A DNA stretch of 61,742 nucleotides, filler included. It is 5 parts of 5 records of this genome, joined end to end, with 100 filler letters (N's around TTAATTAATTAA, not from the genome) between each part and the next. Parts side by side here need not be neighbours in the genome. Positions count along the whole stretch, not along the records: positions 50,833 to 61,742 come from DRR723986_5446; 4 more parts are not named here. One strand, written 5' to 3'. Numbering within the stretch: the first letter of the stretch is position 1; every line of letters begins with the position of its first letter. Both the position numbers and the translations under genes were made by a program. The notes under the pieces are model-generated. The model searched no databases and was not told where the DNA came from. It worked only from the letters and a program-made list of their open reading frames with translations. Positions 56,777 to 61,742 of the stretch are shown in pieces.

Positions 56777-58570
56777 TCACTCGCCCAGCGCGATTCCTTC
56801 GCGACGCGGATCGGCTCCGCCTTTGAGGGTCTCTCCGATCTCAATCGCGTGCAGGCCGGAATTCAAGCCGCGAATATTGACCTCGAACCCCATGGCGCTG
56901 AGCGCATCGGCCTGTGCGGTGGCTGTGGTGCCGTCCTCTAGATCATAGGTCCCAAAGCGATTGACCAGATGTGGCATCGACAGCGCTTCTTGCACGTTCA
57001 GCCCCCAATCAGCCCAGCCGATAATGGCGGTGGCGACATACCCAATGATACGACTACCTCCGGGGGACCCAATCGCAAGAACAGGCGCGCCGTCTTGCAT
57101 CACAATAGTGGGCGCCATGGACGAGCGCGGGCGTTTACCCGGCTCAAGCCGGTTGGCAATTGGTACGCCGTCCCTGTGGCTGCGGAACGAGAAATCGGTC
57201 AGCTCATTGTTGAGCAGGAACCCATTGGTCATCAACCTGGAACCAAAAGCGTTTTCGATGGTCGTCGTCATGGACAAAACGTTGCCATAGGCATCGACAA
57301 TCGAAATGTGGGAGGTCGAAGGCAGCTCGATCGCTTCGTCATCGGCCCAGTTGGAGGCGTGATCAAAGGTTGGGTTGCCGGGCGTGACCTCGGGCAATGC
57401 ATCATCCCCCGCCAACAACTCAGACCGCGCTTTTAAATAGGCAGGATCAACCAACCCTTTGGTGGGCATGGGCACATAGTCGCTGTCGGCCATGAACCGA
57501 CCCCGGTCAGCAAAAGCCAACCGCGAAGCATCCCCTATCAAACGCCAACTTTCCGGGTTTTCAGCGCCCAGCGCGGCAAGGTCATAAGGTTCCAGCAAGC
57601 CGAGGATTTGCCCAACGGTCAGGGCACCAGATGATGGCGGGCCCATGCCACACACATCATGCGAACGGTATGTAACACAGACAGCATCCCGTTCTTTGAC
57701 CTGATACAGCGACATATCAACGGCTGACAGCACCCCCGGATTGCCGGGCGCTGACCGAACCGTTTGCACAATATCAGCCGCAATGGGACCTGCATAAAAC
57801 CCAACTGCCCCCTGCTCGGCCAAGGTGCGCAACGTTTGACCATAGGCCGGGTTCTTCAGGGTATCGCCGGCTTGGACACCCTGCCCGTTTGGCAAGAAAT
57901 ACTCTGCCGTGGCCGGGAACCGGTTCAGGCGGTCTGCGTCCCGTTCAACCAAACCCGCTAACCGCGGCGAGACTGTGAACCCCTCTTCGGCAAGTTGCGT
58001 CCCGGCTGTGAACAGCGACGGCCACGGTGCCCGCCCCCAGCGGCGATGAGCTTGGGCCAGCAAAGCCGGTGTGCCCGGAGTGCCCACAGACCGCCCGCCG
58101 ACCACCGCATCAAAGAACTTAAGCGGCTGACCCTCGGCATCCTGAAACAAGGTTGGCGTCGCGCCCAAGGGTGCTGTTTCCCGACCATCCAGCGTGGTCA
58201 GTTTTTTCGACGCAGCATCGTACCAAATCAGAAACGCACCCCCACCCAAGCCCGAAGATTGTGGCTCAACCAACCCCAGCACAACCTGCGCTGCGACCAT
58301 CGCGTCAGCCGCACTACCACCGGCGCGCAAAACATCTGCCCCGGCCTGAACTGCCAGCGGATTCGCAGCCGCAATCATCCAATTCTCAGACACCACAGGC
58401 TGCCCCGCCTCGCGCGCTGCATAAGCATCTGCAATCACGGATGACACGGCCTGAACTGAGCCTTCGGTCGCAGTTTCAGGGGCGACGCTGTCAGCGGTTT
58501 GTTGCGCCACTAAGGGTGCGCCCGCGACAAAAGCTGAGGCCAAAATCCCGAACTGCCAAATGCGTTTCAT
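56777..58570 (-). CDS. ggt: Gamma-glutamyltransferase
   Basis: VEPQSSGLGGG, DGRETAP, nucleophile TSHISIVD, LNNELTDF, RPRSSMAPT, GSPGGSRI, ADPRREG. Confidence 0.96.
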   Translation of the reverse strand: MKRIWQFGILASAFVAGAPLVAQQTADSVAPETATEGSVQAVSSVIADAYAAREAGQPVVSENWMIAAANPLAVQAGADVLRAGGSAADAMVAAQVVLGLVEPQSSGLGGGAFLIWYDAASKKLTTLDGRETAPLGATPTLFQDAEGQPLKFFDAVVGGRSVGTPGTPALLAQAHRRWGRAPWPSLFTAGTQLAEEGFTVSPRLAGLVERDADRLNRFPATAEYFLPNGQGVQAGDTLKNPAYGQTLRTLAEQGAVGFYAGPIAADIVQTVRSAPGNPGVLSAVDMSLYQVKERDAVCVTYRSHDVCGMGPPSSGALTVGQILGLLEPYDLAALGAENPESWRLIGDASRLAFADRGRFMADSDYVPMPTKGLVDPAYLKARSELLAGDDALPEVTPGNPTFDHASNWADDEAIELPSTSHISIVDAYGNVLSMTTTIENAFGSRLMTNGFLLNNELTDFSFRSHRDGVPIANRLEPGKRPRSSMAPTIVMQDGAPVLAIGSPGGSRIIGYVATAIIGWADWGLNVQEALSMPHLVNRFGTYDLEDGTTATAQADALSAMGFEVNIRGLNSGLHAIEIGETLKGGADPRREGIALGE

Positions 58571-58768
58571 GTTATCGCTCTCCTGAAATATGTTTGGGGT
58601 ACTGCGCAGGATCAGCGCTGCGGCTCATATCCCGAATACCTCTTGATCGTAGTTGGATTCACCCGCTCTGCAACTGTTTCCGAGGCAAGGATTGCAACCA
58701 GTGCCTTTGCCTATACAAAAAACGGGGACAGTTCCCTGTCCCCGCTCAATAATCTCTTGTCGTTTAGG

Positions 58769-59755
58769 TCACAGCATCGCTGGTACGACCTGATCCGGTG
58801 GTCTGTGTCCATCTTCGTAGGTCTTGATGTTGATGATGACTTTTTCACCCATCTCAATCCGGCCCTCAAGCGTCGCAGACCCCATGTGCGGCAACAACAC
58901 AACGTTTGGCAGTTCCCGCAAGCGCGGATTTACCTGCGTGCCATGCTCATAAACATCCAAACCCGCCCCGGCTATATCACCGGCCCGGATCATCCGTGTC
59001 AGCGCGTTTTCATCAATCACTTCCCCGCGTGATGTGTTCACGATCACGGCGGACGGTTTCATCAACTTAAGTCGGCGCGCATTCATCAGGTGAAATGTGC
59101 TTGGCGTAGAGGGGCAGTTGATAGACACCACATCCATCCGCGCCACCATCTGGTCAAGGCTTTCCCAATACGTTGCCTCTAAATCTTGTTCCACTTCGGG
59201 GCGCAGGCGCTTGCGATTGTGATAATGAATTTGCATCCCAAAGGCAGCAGCACGGCGGGCAACGGCCTGCCCAATACGCCCCATGCCCAGAATGCCAAGC
59301 CGACGCCCACTCACACGACCACCCAACAGCGCGGTTGGGGCCCAGCCTTCCCACTCGCCCTTTTGCATCAGCGCCAGCCCTTCAGGAATACGGCGGGTCA
59401 CAGCCAGAATCAGCCCCATGGCCATATCTGCGGTATCATCCGTCAAAACACCCGGCGTGTTTGAAACAAGAACCCCACGCTGACGTGCGGTCTGGACATC
59501 AATATGATCAACCCCTGCGCCGTAATTGGCGATCAGGCGCAATTGCGGTCCTGCCTGCCCCAGCAGACGTGCGTCAATATCATCCGTCACGGTAGGCACC
59601 AGCACATCAGCTGTTTGCAGCGCCTCAACCAACTCATTGCGCGACATCGGCGTGTCATCATCGCGCAGTGTGACATCAAACAGTTCGCTTAACCGGGTTT
59701 CGACCGCTTCTGGCAACCGTCGCGTAACAACAACACTCAGACGTTCTCTTGGCAC
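58769..59755 (-). CDS. D-2-hydroxyacid dehydrogenase (glyoxylate reductase/D-glycerate dehydrogenase)
   Basis: GTG 59755; NTPGVLT, GMGRIG, NTSRG, GLDVYE, PHMGSAT. Confidence 0.93.
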   Translation of the reverse strand: MPRERLSVVVTRRLPEAVETRLSELFDVTLRDDDTPMSRNELVEALQTADVLVPTVTDDIDARLLGQAGPQLRLIANYGAGVDHIDVQTARQRGVLVSNTPGVLTDDTADMAMGLILAVTRRIPEGLALMQKGEWEGWAPTALLGGRVSGRRLGILGMGRIGQAVARRAAAFGMQIHYHNRKRLRPEVEQDLEATYWESLDQMVARMDVVSINCPSTPSTFHLMNARRLKLMKPSAVIVNTSRGEVIDENALTRMIRAGDIAGAGLDVYEHGTQVNPRLRELPNVVLLPHMGSATLEGRIEMGEKVIINIKTYEDGHRPPDQVVPAML

Positions 59756-59894
59756 TTGAGGCCTCCCACTGCTTTGCAATTTGGTGCGCGTCGTGTCATC
59801 GTGGCCCATGAACAGGCCGGGCACAAGAACCCCTCGTGCAAATTTAGCAGCCTTTTTCAAGAACCTTACACGCAGGCATTCAGGCGGGCAGGCA

Positions 59895-60416
59895 GTGACG
59901 TATTCCTTTTTGGTAAACGGCCAGCGATTGGTCGCAATCGCAGCGATCTTAGGCGCATCCTTTACGACCCCATCTTGGGCCGAAGACAATCGGGGACCGG
60001 TCACAAACCTGCCCCTGCCCCGCTATGTTTCCATGAAAGCAACCGAAGGCAACGTCCGTCGGGGCCCTTCGCTGACCCATCGGATCGATTGGGTATTTAA
60101 GCGACGAGATATGCCGCTGCAGGTCACAGCCGAGCACGGCCATTGGCGCAAGGTTCAGGATCGCGACGGCGCAGGGGGGTGGGTCCACTATGCCTTGCTG
60201 TCTGGCGTGCGCACCGTACTGGTCGAAAAAGACATGATGCCCATCTATTCCAGCGCCGACCCACAATCCACGATTTCCGCGCACTTTGAATTGGGTGTTG
60301 TCGCGCGTCTGGGCAGTTGCGTTCAGGATTGGTGTCGGATTTCCGCTGGCGGCTACCGGGGATGGGCACCAAAAACTGATCTTTGGGGGGTCGCCCCAAA
60401 AGAGCTGCGGGACTAA
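59895..60416 (+). CDS. Bacterial SH3 domain protein (start uncertain)
   Basis: GPVTNLPLPRYVS...NVRRGP...WR.V.D.DG..GWVH..LLSG.RT; the usual divergent neighbour of the hydroxyacid dehydrogenase in Alphaproteobacteria. Confidence 0.85.
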   Translation: MTYSFLVNGQRLVAIAAILGASFTTPSWAEDNRGPVTNLPLPRYVSMKATEGNVRRGPSLTHRIDWVFKRRDMPLQVTAEHGHWRKVQDRDGAGGWVHYALLSGVRTVLVEKDMMPIYSSADPQSTISAHFELGVVARLGSCVQDWCRISAGGYRGWAPKTDLWGVAPKELRD

Positions 60417-60444
60417 GCCCCGTCAGCTCTGCCCCCCTGTTCAA

Positions 60445-61353
60445 TTACGACGTGGCTGCAATGAACGCATTTGTTCGATCCGCCAGTGCATCACCAACAT
60501 CCTCTTGCAAGAAATGTCCGGCCTTAGGCAAAACGACGTGTGGCTGCCCTGCGGCGCCCGGGCACAGTTTTTGGAAAACTTTTTCGACACCCGCCATCAC
60601 CTTATCTTCGGCACCAAATACAGTCAGGACTGGCGTATCCAAGGTTTTCAGAACCTCCCAAGCCGCCCGGTTTTCAGTTGTCGATGGCGCATCCGGCGTA
60701 TCCGGTACAAGCGTGGGAAATTGGCGCGCGCCAGCTTTATAATCCTCATCCGGGTACGGTGCGTCGTACGCGGCGATCTCTGCTTCGGTCAATTTACTGA
60801 CGGTACCGCCGAACACGATTTTGCCAGCAGGGAACACAGGCACATCCTGACTAAAGGCTCGCCAAGCGCGAAAGGCTTCGCTCATCGGGTGGTCTCCGGT
60901 CGGAAGGGCCGTATTGGCAATCACAATCCGGGCAAACCGCTCAGGCATTTCGGCCCAAAGTCGCAATCCGATCAAACCACCCCAGTCCTGACAAACCAAA
61001 GTGATGTTGCGCAGGTCCAATTGCCGCAATACCGACCCCATCCACGCCACGTGGCGCTCATAGGTGTAATCTTCGCGCTCAGTCGGTTTGTCTGACTTGC
61101 CAAATCCAATAAGATCCGGCGCGATCACACGATGTCCTGCGGCCGTAAACCGAGGGATCATATGACGATACAGATAGGACCAACTCGGCTCTCCATGCAT
61201 CACCAGAACCGGCGCAGCCTCGGCCGGTCCTTCGTCCAGATAGTGAACCCGCAACGCGCCCCCTTCCGTGTCGTCAACCTCCAGATAGTTGGGCGCAAAT
61301 GGGTAATCCACCAATCCATCAAAACGCTCCGACGGTGTTCTCAATGCCTTCAT
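60445..61353 (-). CDS. Haloalkane dehalogenase (HLD-I, DhmA/DhlA-like)
   Basis: LRTP.ERF, HGEPSWSYLYR, nucleophile CQDWGG, AGARQFP, catalytic AGHFLQED; RBS GGAGGAG. Confidence 0.92.
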   Translation of the reverse strand: MKALRTPSERFDGLVDYPFAPNYLEVDDTEGGALRVHYLDEGPAEAAPVLVMHGEPSWSYLYRHMIPRFTAAGHRVIAPDLIGFGKSDKPTEREDYTYERHVAWMGSVLRQLDLRNITLVCQDWGGLIGLRLWAEMPERFARIVIANTALPTGDHPMSEAFRAWRAFSQDVPVFPAGKIVFGGTVSKLTEAEIAAYDAPYPDEDYKAGARQFPTLVPDTPDAPSTTENRAAWEVLKTLDTPVLTVFGAEDKVMAGVEKVFQKLCPGAAGQPHVVLPKAGHFLQEDVGDALADRTNAFIAATS

Positions 61354-61668
61354 GTTCGATTCTCCTCCCTCAGCTCTGATCAGCCTAGCGGGTGAAACCC
61401 AATCGCCCAGCAGGAACGTAGCGGCACAGACAAGTCTTTGAACACGCACCAAATCCCAGTTTTCCAGTTGGTATCCGAGCGTCAACCGCCAGCCCTCCAT
61501 GGCTAGCGCACCTGAAACCCATGGCTTCTAGCCTGCGCAGAAGAACCGACATTAAGACACGAAATCAGTGTTTTAGAGCGAAACGAAAAAAAATTGCCCA
61601 AAGCATCATTTTTTTGGAAAAGAGCCCTTGATCCCCCCACGCACTCCAAGTAGACACCGCTTCACTGA

Positions 61669-61742
61669 TGGGGTGTGGCCAAGTGGTAAGGCAACAGTTT
61701 TTGGTACTGAAGATCGTAGGTTCGAATCCTACCACCCCAGCC
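61669..61742 (+). tRNA. tRNA-Gln (TTG), final A cut by the window end
   Basis: Acceptor TGGGGTG/CACCCCA, D-arm GCC-AAGTGGTAA-GGC, anticodon loop TT-TTG-GT, T-arm GTAGG-TTCGAAT-CCTAC. Confidence 0.95.

Overview
The window is not one locus. It consists of five contigs joined by artificial N-TTAATTAATTAA-N linkers (17738-17837, 24579-24678, 30878-30977, 50733-50832), apparently from at least two unrelated organisms. Contigs 1 (1-17737) and 4 (30978-50732) look like an FCB-group bacterium (Bacteroidota/Kapabacteria/Ignavibacteria-like): several proteins carry T9SS-type C-terminal domains, and both contigs are enriched in the palindrome GTTAAC. Contig 1 holds a LolA/LolCDE-like cassette with a predicted outer-membrane barrel, a SAM-I riboswitch with a metB/metC-type gene, and a tandem array of at least four paralogous secreted beta-propeller proteins. 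Two of those paralogs share a conserved promoter plus a covarying leader hairpin. Contig 4 holds an orphan ECF sigma factor followed by three unknown proteins, and a tightly coupled four-gene operon: a 1468-aa beta-rich protein with an 11-mer amphipathic tail, a coiled-coil/propeller protein, a VAO/PCMH-type flavoprotein and a methyltransferase-like protein. Contigs 2, 3 and 5 are Rhodobacteraceae-like. Contig 2 has a hybrid kinase, LysR, DMT, ArsR and atpI-B-E. Contig 3 is a patchwork of abruptly fused EPS-gene, integrase, toxin-antitoxin and IS1380 fragments. Contig 5 has housekeeping catabolic genes, a haloalkane dehalogenase and tRNA-Gln. The best novelty candidates are the 37352-45573 operon, the conserved leader element upstream of the propeller paralogs, the ECF-led cluster and the GTTAAC enrichment. 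All family calls come from motif recognition by eye; no searches were run.
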